A stretch of 64,000 bases of DNA from Fonticula alba ATCC 38817 (Eukaryota; Protista; Nucleariida), in NCBI GenBank assembly GCA_000388065.2, contig KB932201.1. The stretch is one strand, 5' to 3'. Within the stretch, counting starts at the first letter, position 1. Each line of letters begins with the position of its first letter. Under the pieces are notes generated by a model, which was given only the letters and a program-made list of their open reading frames with translations, was not told the DNA's origin and ran no database searches. A program made the translations under genes and the position numbers. Below are positions 53,612-64,000 of this stretch, piece by piece.

Positions 53612-53916
53612 NNNNNNNNNNNNNNNNNNNNNNNNNNNNNNNNNNNNNNNNNNNNNNNNNNNNNNNNNNNNNNNNNNNNNNNNNNNNNNNNNNNNNNNNN
53701 NNNNNNNNNNNNNNNNNNNNNNNNNNNNNNNNNNNNNNNNNNNNNNNNNNNNNNNNNNNNNNNNNNNNNNNNNNNNNNNNNNNNNNNNNNNNNNNNNNNN
53801 NNNNNNNNNNNNNNNNNNNNNNNNNNNNNNNNNNNNNNNNNNNNNNNNNNNNNNNNNNNNNNNNNNNNNNNNNNNNNNNNNNNNNNNNNNNNNNNNNNNN
53901 NNNNNNNNNNNNNNNN
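53612..53916. other. Largest assembly gap; others at 3490-3523, 4401-4410, 10010-10019, 31533-31542, 46614-46706, 62313-62362
   Basis: N runs. Most abut poly-G/poly-C tracts or duplicated flanks. Confidence 0.99.
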
Positions 53917-54284
53917 CCCCCGACCACCCGGGAGGGAGAGAAAGCCACGGACGCCAGAGTACCAACCGCCCGGCACCCCGGTGTCACTTGCCCCGCCCCC
54001 CTCGCCCCCCTCGCTCCCGCTCGACGACCGGGCCCGGAGGGCTTCGCCCGCCCCGCTGGCCGACACATGCGTTGGGATATGCATTGTTGAGTGTGGGAAA
54101 ATACCCGACCGGGATGGAGGCGTGCCGGACTGGGCGCGGCGCATGCGCGCGCGCGCGCGCGCGCGGGCCAGGCTCGAGCACACCAGGCGCCTCCTCTGCC
54201 TCCCCCGGCTGCCTCCATTCATCATGGCCGGCAGGGGCGTCCTCCCGGGCCTGGCTTCTCCCGGCCGGGATCCGCGGCCGGAGA

Positions 54285-54641
54285 CTAGGTCAGGTTGGAG
54301 GGCGGATTCGACGGGGGAATCGGCGAGTTGAAACGCGAGAAAATAAAGGAAAGGAGCTGCTCCAGGGATACATCCTCGCCCGCGCCGGCCGGGGTGCTGC
54401 CGGAACCGGGCCCCGGCGCCGGCAACGGCTTCCGAACATACAGCGGCGAGGTAGTGACGTCCGAGGTGGCGAGCGGCCGAACGGCAATCCGCTGCGCGGC
54501 ATCCGGGTCGGCATCCTACATGGTCGACCGGGCGCGAGAAGCCCAGCGAGGAGGGGAGAAGCAGGGTGAGAAAGGTCCCCGTTCAGGGGGGACGCATGGG
54601 AAGTGCGCGCTTGTGGGGGGGGGGGGCCGAAAGTCGAGGGG

Positions 54642-54672
<31 letters not shown>

Positions 54673-56794
54673 ACAAAGAAGAATGAAGGGGCATACCTGG
54701 CTGATGTGACGCATGCGATTCCGCCGCTCGATACACTCACCGATCACCTTCTGGGTGGCCGAGCGCAAGAGCTCGAGAAGATCGCTCCCTGTGGACCAGG
54801 CGGAAAATGACAGCAAAGGGAGAGTGCAGGGTGAGAAGCTTGAGAAGAAAGCGACCGAGGCGAGACAGTGTGGCTTGCATACCGGAAAAGCCCTCGGTGA
54901 ACTGGGCAATTTGCGCGAAATCGAAGTCATCCTCAACCCGGATGTTTGAGAGAATCTAGCCATGGGGCCGCCGAATTTGATGCCGGTCAGTGGCGAAGGG
55001 GGGAGGGAGGAAGAGCAAGGAAGGTGACCATCCCACGGGAAGGGGGAAGTAGACGGCAAGGTAGACCGAGGGGGAGGAGAAAGAGGAGGGAGGGAGAGAG
55101 AGAGAGAGAAAAAGAGAGACATACATTCCGAATGATTTGGTTGCGAGACTTCTCATCCGGCAGCGAAACATGGATCTTCCTGCTGAAGCGCCGCAGGGCG
55201 GCCGGATCGATGTCGCTCATGCGGTTGGTGGCACCGACAAGCTACCGCAAGGAGGACAGGAAAGATGAACGTCAGTGATGTGGTGGAGGGAGGGCGAGCG
55301 AGCGAGCGAGAAAGAGAGGGGAGAGAGAGGGGGAGAGGGGGGAGAGAGGGGGAGAGGGGGAGAGGGGGAGAGGAGGAGAGAGGGAGAAGGGGGCAGCGGT
55401 GTGTGGGGGTGAGGTGAATGCCGACACAACGCACGACCACATCCTTCAAGGCGATGAGCCCATCCCAGCAGGCAATGAACTCGGCCTTGCACTGAGCCGA
55501 TGCCTCGTGATCGGAAGACTGGCGAACGCGCAGGAAGGAATCAATCTCATCAATGAAAATCATGCAGGGAGACAACTTACTGGCCAGCGAAAAGACTGCG
55601 CTGACAAGCTTTTGCGACTCGCCATACTTCAGAGGTCGAAGAGAGAAAGAGAGAGAGAGAGAGAGAGAACGAGGGAAAGTGGAAGATCAGTGTCTGTGGT
55701 TGCACATTGGCGAAGTGGAGGCGCGTGTATATGTGTGTGCACACTGGGACAAAGGCGAACGTACGTATTTGTCTCCGAGCGAGGACACCTTGACATCTGA
55801 GGAAGAACAAAAGGCAGAGGAGAGAAGGGTGAGATGAGCACCGGGCGATTCGATCGTCCCAAATGGGGGCAGTGGGGGCTAAGAAGGAGGAGGTGTAGAC
55901 ACGAAGATGAGATGGGGATTGTGCGCACTCAAGAAGGCCACCTGGGGGCTTTCCTTGGCAATGGCACGCGCAAGCATGGTCTTGCCACAGCCCGGCGGGC
56001 CATACAGAAGGATACCCCGCGAGGGCTCCAGCACGCTGACCGAGGAGGAAAGACTATCCGAAGAATCGAGCGGCGACTGGAAGAGGTCCGGGTATTGAAG
56101 CGGCTCCAGGACCGCCTGGCGGATTTGCTGGATGGCATCCTCGTTGCCACCAACGTCTTTGTTTGTGTGTGTGGGGAGGGGAGAGGGGGCGGTACCCGGA
56201 GAGGGGACGAAGGATGGAGGCGGACAAGTGGGGTGAGCATCTGGCGGACGAATGGCCAGGAGGTGGCAAGGGATCCGATCAAGAGGGACTTCCCGGAGCC
56301 AAGCGCACCCTCGAGCGAATGGTGAATGGAATCCGGCAGAACAAGGCCATTGGCAATCTCACGCTCATGAGGAGTGAGCGACGACTGGGCAGTGGGTCGA
56401 TCAGCCGGCGTCGGGTCAGAAAAGGACAGGAGGGCTTGGGTATCATGGAGGATTCGGGGGAAAAGAGAAGAAGGGGACAGGGAGGCACACGGGAAGGGGG
56501 GCTCGGAGGGGGGGGAAGCAAACGCACCCAGACCGAACTCAAGCGATCGGCCGCCGGGCAGGAGGACGCCTTGATTGACCGGCTGACGGGATGCGAGAAA
56601 TTCCGGTACATGTTGGCCCCCACGTGGTACAGGGAGAAGGATAGAGCCGAGGCCAGGGCCAGGATCCCGATCTGGGTGACGACCTCCGTGAGGAAAGACC
56701 GATCTGTGGTGGCGAGGTAAGTTTACGAAATCCGGTGGCTGCGATGGGGGGGAGGGGGGAGGGCAAATCCAGGGGTATATAGCGCACCAGACAT
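54285..56794 (-). CDS. ATAD1: ATAD1/Msp1 membrane-anchored AAA+ extractase
   Basis: N-terminal TM segment ([16 protein letters not shown]), [54 protein letters not shown]...WDGL, GATNR...DPAALRRF and GFSG/SDL. Start is MS-D via a 7-nt first exon. Confidence 0.88.
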
Positions 56795-58266
56795 GACGGA
56801 GTGGAGCGGGGCGAGGAGAAGGGAGGGGACGGAGAAGGGGTGCCGCGCGCTGTGGGATCAGGAGAGAGAGAGGGGGGGAGAGAGGGAGACGCTGGAGGAG
56901 TCCAGGACAAACAAAAGGAGAGGGAGGGGAGGGAGAGGATGAGGGGCTGCTGACGCGGCGCCCAGCCCTGGACAACATAAGCGGGCGCCTAAGTGATAAA
57001 GCCCTCTCGAACGGGGGGGGGACTCAGGAACTGCCCAAACAGAGTGGATCTACCGGGAGACGACCTCCGAGGAAGAGCACGGACACCGGAAAGACACATG
57101 CCGGACACAGCTAGCATGTGGGCACCGGAAAAGGGACTCACAAACACCCCCCCGTTCATGCCCCCAAGCCCCCATGGTCGGCAGCGGTGCCAGGACATTT
57201 CCCGGGGCGGGACTCGCCCAGGGGTCCGGCCGCAGCCCCCCCCCCCCCCCCCCCCGAGCCGGCGGCCCCCGATCTCAGATCCTGGCTTCGGGAGGGCGCA
57301 TCCCCCTCGTCGCGCCCTGCGTAGTTGCTCCTCAGCCAACGTGCTGGCGTGAAGGACGCTCTCGCGCTGCCTCCCCGCCCGGCGTGCGCTGGCCCCGCCG
57401 TCTGCGTTTGCGGCCGATCAGAACTGCCCTATCATGTGGACATGTGATCTCCGACGTGATCTCTTCAATGACATTCGCGGCACTCACATCTCGGCGTGAC
57501 ACTCGAATGGGGATTCTGGTGCGCTATCAGGGGGACCAGAATCCTGCCACCCAGGGATCGCCGTTCTGCCGGGCCCGCTTGAGAAGCATCTTCGGGGGCC
57601 CGCAAGTGAGACCCAACGCCACGGAGATCGGCGGAGAGTGGCGACCAGGGCCCGAGCGCCGTCTCCGAGTCTCAGACGCTCGGCCCTACTTTCCGCGCGC
57701 ACGCCTCCCCCCCTTCCCCCGCACTCCGCCCGCATGACTGCCCGGTGGGCAGGGGCCAATGCGGGATAGCGAGCCGCCCGCTGGCGCTCCCCCTCCCCCC
57801 AGGGGAAGGGATTTGAAATGACCTCCGCTCTTGCGGGCGGGAATGTAGATGTGCCCGCGACCAAGTTGCACGCCCACATGCGCGGACAAGCCGGGGTGGC
57901 ATTCAAAGGGGAGAAGAGCGCGAGAAGGCACCATGCAAGGTATCGAGAATGGGTATTCTTTTTGGAGAGGTCGCCCGTGAAGCAGCAACGAGAAAAAAAG
58001 CAGCACACACCGGGCCAAGGACAGAGAGGAGAAGAATGGAAGAGAGGGAGGGGGAGGGGAGGGAGATAAGGGGGACAGATCTAGGAGGGGGAAGGGGGCA
58101 GAGGGGGGGGAGGGGGGGAGGGGGGAGGAAGAGGACCGACAAGTGGTAGGGGGCACCACCGCAGACCAGCGCGAGAGGACGCCCATCGCCATCGACGAGA
58201 AGACAGACGAAAACAGCGAAAGAAGGCCAGCCACCACGCACGGGCCCGCGGGAGGAGACGAGGCGC

Positions 58267-59015
58267 TTACTTCTTCTTCCGGGGGGCCTTCTTGCGAGCG
58301 GCACGCTTGGTGGCATACTGCTGGGCGGTGTTACGGCGAGTGCGCTTGGCCGACAGCTGGTCGAGCTCGAGAAGACGGACGTTCTCCTCGGTGCCGGGCT
58401 GCCAGCGGGGATGGCTGGTGACGTCGTTGGACGAGCGGAAGATCCGGCGCGGCGAGCCGGACAGGAGAATGCGCGAAGAGCCGTCGCTGTAGACGACAGT
58501 CTGACGGAAGAGGGGCATCGGGAGATCCGGCACACGAAGGACCGGCTTGCCAAAGAGCGGGCGCTCCTTGTACTTCAGGTCCTTGTTGGGATCCACCGAG
58601 AGGGTGATCTTGGGGGAGCGCGAGAACTTGGCCATGAGCAAGTCCTCGGTGTTGTCGAACCAGTCATCCTGGGCGGCGGAATCTGGCAGCGAGGGCGGGC
58701 GGGCGGGCGGGCGGGGGGCAGAGGGGAGAGAGAAGAGGAGGACAAGACGGAGAGGGGTCGAAAATGTGAGATGGAGGGACACAGGCGGCGTGGAGAGTGT
58801 GCAGGACAAGACAGGGGGTGCGGAGAGCAGGGGACCAGTCGGCAATGGGGTACAAGAAGCAAGAAGGGAGAGGATGATCCGGAGAACGCACCGCTAGCGG
58901 CGGGGGAGGAGAAGAGCCGAGCAATGAGGGGCTGGGTCGCCGGGCGGACAGCCGCGGCGGCGGTGGCCTGAACGTGAAGCGCACGTCCGGCGAAGAGAGA
59001 AACCCGCGAGAGCAT
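58267..59015 (-). CDS. Mitochondrial ribosomal protein bL31m (fungal MrpL36-like), 2 exons
   Basis: Arg/Ala/Ser-rich presequence MLSRVSLFAGRALHVQ; phase-1 intron from 58891. LFRQTVVYSDGSS...FRSSNDVTSHPRWQP matches the L31 fold motif. Basic C-terminus. Confidence 0.75.
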
Positions 59016-59892
59016 GGTGGCCCGGGTTTTCCTGCGTGCGCGAGCGAACGGGAGGGCGATGGAAGGGAGGGGGCAGGGAGGAGGAGGGGAAAGGAAGGGA
59101 GGGTGAGAAGGCTGAGGGGAGGAGGAGGGGGGGGGGAAGGCGAGGCAAGGCAAAAGGGCATACAGCGGGGGGGGGGGGGGGAGAGGGGGAAAGAAGTGCC
59201 AGAGGGGACTTGCAATCTTTAGTCTGCCCTTTCACCCGAGGAGGTGGAGATGTCCAGCAGGCAGGCTGAAAAAGGGAGGCCACAGCCGGCCCAACGGGGG
59301 GCCACCGCCGCCGAGGCAAGAGGGACGGAGAGGGAGACGACGAAAGCAGCATAGCCCACACAATCATGCCGCACACCTTTGCCCGCCCGTCTTGCCAGCC
59401 CCTGCCCCTTGGATGCGCGTGCATCGCGCCGGGCCCCACCCGCCCGCCCGCCCGCAGCACGACGCGAGCGCGTGCATGTGCAAATGGATATGCCCCCGGG
59501 GCCCGTCCCCCTCTCGGCCCGGCTGCGTGACGAGCACGGTAAATAGCATTCTCAAGGGATTGTTGGGTGTATGAGTTGCCAGCGGATGCAGGCGGACAAG
59601 GGCAGTTCGTAGGCATATGTGGTACTTGGGGGTTGGAGCCGCGGAGGGAGCGGGCAGCCCTCCCGCCCCCCCCCCCCCCCAGGGTGTGCGCCAGACGCAC
59701 AGGGGGAAGGTGTAATGGGGGGAGCATACAGGAAGCGACACGGGGGGGGGGGGGCGGGAAATGCCGAAGGACGGACGACACGAGCCGATGCTGGGAGAGA
59801 TGCTCTCGCGCATCGCCCGTCTTCCCCTGCCCAGCCCCCACCACCGCCGCCGCCCTCTTCTCGGGGCGCCCTCTCTCCTTCGGCTGGGGTGC

Positions 59893-60749
59893 TTAGAAAA
59901 TCATCTCCAACTCATAGCGACGGTATGTCCGAAGCGGGACATGCTCCACCGGCCGGTGAGTGTGGAACATGGCCGCCTCCTGGGTGTTGATACCGGAGGC
60001 GGTGCCAGGACCGTGCTCCTTCAGGGCGGCCGGGGTGATCTGCTCGAGGGTCTTGCCGGCGGCGATCTGTGCACGGCGCTGCTTCAGCAGGGCCTGGTGC
60101 TGCTTGAAGGAGGAGGCCGCAAAGTCCGCCGGCTTGACGAGGTCCGCCGACACGAGGGCCCGCTCGGGCCGGGTCATTGACGAGGCGGCCGAGGTAAACT
60201 CATCCGACAGCCGGGGGTATGCCGCAACCAAGGCATCCTGCGAGCCGATATACGTGCTATTGAAGATCTTCCAGTAGACATCGCGAACCTTGCGCGCGGG
60301 ATGGAAAAGGCCCTGTTGTCCGAGGAAACACGTGTCAGTGCATGCGGCGGAAGCAGAGGAACACAGAGGGGAGCAGGGGAACACAGTGCTGAAAGAGGGG
60401 GGGGGGGAGGGAGGGGGAGATGGAGAACGAAGGCCACATACCGAGAGTGTGTACAGCAAAATGCGAGCGGGCCCGAGAGCCATGCGAAGAGCGTCTACCG
60501 AGTCCAGCACCGCATTGATGACATGCGGCGAGGTCTCGAAGATGTTTGGCCACAGGAGGTTCAGCAGATGCTGCAGGGCATCCTCGCGATCGAGACCAAT
60601 CACACCAAGGGCAAGGTCTGTGCCGGGGAGGCAAAAGGGGAAGGGCAACGAGGAGGGTCAGGCGGCGGATGAAACCCCAGAGCCGGGCATGGGAAATCCC
60701 ACGGCCGAGACGCAGGAGAGAGGAAGCGGATGGGTCCGAGAGGCAGACG

Positions 60750-60789
<40 letters not shown>

Positions 60790-62373
60790 AAGCAAGAAGA
60801 CGGAAAGAGCCGACGAAAGGCGGAAGGCACACGCACGCTTGAGTACCGACGCCGCGGTCTGACGGTGGACCAGGTCCCGGTCGATGAGCGCGTCGGACAG
60901 CAGCTCGGTGGTGGCATAGACGTAGTCCTTGCCGAAGACACCGATGTACTCGAAAAGGAAGGACATGGACTTGAGCACACCGTTGCGCACGTTCAGCTCC
61001 GGCACGCGGAACTCGTTCATCAGCGCCGGCAGGACCAGGTACGGGCCACACTTCTCGGCCACAATGGCAATGGCCACCGTGGTGCACACGCGGTTCTGGC
61101 GCTCCTGCACGCGGAGGTTATTCAGCAGCGTCGACAGGACATCCTGCGGGCCGAGGGCCGTGGCGATGTAGCCAAAGGTGCTGACTGCCGCTCGGCGGAC
61201 AGCCAGCCGGTGCGCCCGAAGCAGATCCAGCAGCTCGAAGGACACGCGCGCCCACTCCTTGGCCGACACCTTGGCCGCCGCGCGATCGGCAATACGCCCA
61301 ATCAGATCGATGCAGTTTTCCTGCACCCGGTCGTGACGGTTCCGCATGATCGGCACCAGACGACCAAAGAGGTCGCCGATAGGCGGATTCTGAGGGGAGC
61401 ATGGGCAGGAGGGCGGGGAAAGGCAAACACAGAACGGTTAGATTGATGGAAGAGAGAGGGGAAAATCACACACACACACACACACAGGGGGGAGGAGGAA
61501 GGTGGCAAGTAGGATGAGACAGGCAGGGGAAGAAGGAGGCAAATGAAGAGGAAAGAGGGGGGAGGAGGATCAGCGCGCACCATCTCATCCATGCCCACCA
61601 CGCAGATGATGCTCTTCAGGGCGCCGAGGAGCGAGGCCAGCACGTCGGGATACTCCTCACCAAGGTTCTCGAAGGCAATGCCACCCAGGTCCGACAGGAG
61701 GCGGACCTCGCCGCACTCCATGAGGACGTCGGCGATCTGCGAAATGAGATCGGCCGCCTGCTTACGAACACTATGTGGCGAGTGGGAAGAAGGAGGGAGG
61801 ACGAAGGGTGGGGGTGGGGGGGGGGCGGGGAGTGAGACAACAGTGCAATCGGAGCACAAAAAAAAAAGAAGAAAGGAAAAGAGAGAGACATGGGAGGGGC
61901 AGGCAGGACGGCAATGATTGCCGAGTGGCGAGCAGCAAGATGGGAAATGGGCGACAAAAAGAAGAGCAAAGAAAAGACAATGCCTGACATACAGTGGCTG
62001 CCGATTCCCCAGGCGAATGCTGATCAGCTCCACCACGCGCGTCATGTACGGCGTGCATCGAGTGCCGAGCGCGCGCAGGACCACTCCAAACCCATTGAGG
62101 ATGGTGTTGTAGTGGGCCTGGTGAGCGCGCTCCTCGCGGTGCTCGTCCATATTGGACGCGGTCAGCGGGTTGGACACCTCGCGGATGGGCATCTGGATGG
62201 CCACCAGCAGGCAGTCAATGAGAGTCGGCTCGCGGTCCTCATCTAGATCAGCGAGGCCGAGGTTGGTGACGATCTGCCGGGATCGTGACCGCCCGGGGGG
62301 GGGGGGGGGGGGNNNNNNNNNNNNNNNNNNNNNNNNNNNNNNNNNNNNNNNNNNNNNNNNNNGCAGGGGCGGG

Positions 62374-62408
<35 letters not shown>

Positions 62409-64000
62409 CGAGGTCTGGGCACGTTCCCGGGGGGGGGGGGGGGGGGGGGGGGAGAGAAAGTCAGATGCATCGGGAGACCGGGCGTGCGGATGACCAAACA
62501 AGAGGCACAAAGGACAATGAGAAGAGAGAGAGAGAGATGATGATGATGATGGTGATGACGATGCGCACCAACTCGATAGCCTCCATGGTCATCCGACGGA
62601 AGTCCTCACTGTCGGACTTGAGCGACAGCATGATGCTGGTGATGACCTTGGCCCCGCCAATGCAGTTGGCCACCTCGGCCGTGGTCTCCACCAGCTGACG
62701 CGCGGTCTGCCGGTCGCAGGCGATCTTGTTGTCCCAGAAGTGCTCGAAGAAGGGCGGGGCCACATGCGACGCCACATAGGATGGCTCCACCCCCGGGGTG
62801 GAGATGCACTGCCGAACCACGCGCAACACCACACGACGCAAGTGCTCACTGGTGGCGGCGAACTGGCGCACCACCACCGGCATGATTTGAGCCGCATAGG
62901 CCCCGGTATGGGCCGGATCCAGCAGGGGAATGATGAAGCCGATGGCCCGCAGGGCGGCCGCCAGTGCCCGACCGGACAGATGCTGCACGCTCTCCAGCAG
63001 CGGCTGGATGACCGGCGCGAAGGCCTCCCCGCCGTAGGGCGCCGCCGCCTCGGCCAAGGCACCCAAAGCCAAGGCCGTGATCATGCGGACAATTTGCTGG
63101 CTGTCACCCAGGCCATGCTTGATGGTGTCCACCAGAACCGCCAGATGCGGCAGGATGGCACTGCCCAGCGCCACGGCAATCTGCTCGACAATCTTGATGC
63201 CCGTGTGCCGGGAAAAGTGCGACTTCTTGCTGGGACACACTGCCCGCAGGAAGGGCAACAGGGCCGGCACGCCCAGCGACACGGCCACAATGGCAAATGC
63301 CTGGGCCGTGACATTGCGGATCGGCTCGTACTGGCTGTCGAGATCCGGACGCAGGGTGGAAATCATCTGCGACAGGCCGGCTGCCTTGGACAAGTTGGAG
63401 ATCACCTCGCGCGCCTCCAGCCGGGCATACGGATCATCGGTATCCGTGAGCATCGGCAACACGGCCACCAGGATCCGGCGCACGTGCGGCCGGACCAACT
63501 CATCCAGCCGGTAGAGCACTCGGTTCAGGACCTTCACCATGAGATGGCGCTCCTGGGGGTCCAGATGGCCGGTGGACAGGGCAATCAGCAGCTTGTCCAG
63601 GATGAGATCCGCACCGAAGTCCCGCGCGCGGTCGGTAATTTGCCGGAAGGCGCTCTTGCGCATGGCGGAGGAGCCATTCTTGATGCGAAGCAGCAGCCGC
63701 AGCAAACGCCGCTCCTTGGCCTGCTGCAGGGTCATTGCCTGCTCGGCTTGCTCGGCCTCCGGCTCCAGCAGAACTCCGAACAACCCGAGGTCCTTCTGGC
63801 TCAGCTCGATGCCATCAACATTCATGTCGGCCACAGGCAGGGCTGCGCGGGTGTCCTCCGAGATGAAAAACCCGCCGGCCGTGTGCGCCGGCGTCGGGGT
63901 CATCATCTGCTTGCGCGACGGGGTATAGAGGGGGACGTAGTCGGCCGGAGGCTCGAGGATCTACGATCAGACAGTGAATGTAGAAGCGAGAGAGCGGGAG
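59893..64000 (-). CDS. SF3B1: Splicing factor SF3B1/Hsh155 HEAT region (5'-partial)
   Basis: [82 protein letters not shown] and [10 protein letters not shown]. Confidence 0.96.

Noticed and set aside
57655-57695. Minus-strand GGAAAGT...GTCTGAGACT resembling RNase P RNA CR-I
   Set aside because: The motif is interrupted and no matching CR-V (ATTCAGAC-like) partner was found downstream.

Overview
GC-rich, intron-rich, gene-dense eukaryotic DNA with 7 assembly gaps. Fungal-type Rvs167 and bL31m together with PRP4K and TPP2 suggest an early-branching holomycotan such as Fonticula; this is inference, not verified. By hand-splicing exons (phase-checked where stated) I find 13 protein-coding genes: SPOC-domain (SPEN/RBM15-like) protein (partial), NCBP2, PRP4 kinase, an orphan protein with ~39 tandem 11-residue amphipathic repeats, an orphan single-TM protein, DNA2, SET1, Rvs167, TPP2, DDX11/Chl1, PCYT2, ATAD1/Msp1, mitochondrial bL31, plus a 14th, SF3B1 (partial). 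No rRNA, tRNA, CRISPR array or transposon is supported. The best leads are: (1) the perilipin-4/synuclein-like 11-mer repeat orphan; (2) a 5' splice-site consensus GT(G/A)(C/T)G(T/C) with no +4A seen; (3) an SF3B1 with natural substitutions at the K700- and K1071-equivalent positions and a ~90-aa C-terminal insert; (4) a SET1 with Phe at the Phe/Tyr switch and an RS domain but no visible RRM; (5) an Illumina adapter plus duplication that falsely breaks the SET1 frame. Human and yeast residue numbers are recalled from established literature and need alignment confirmation.
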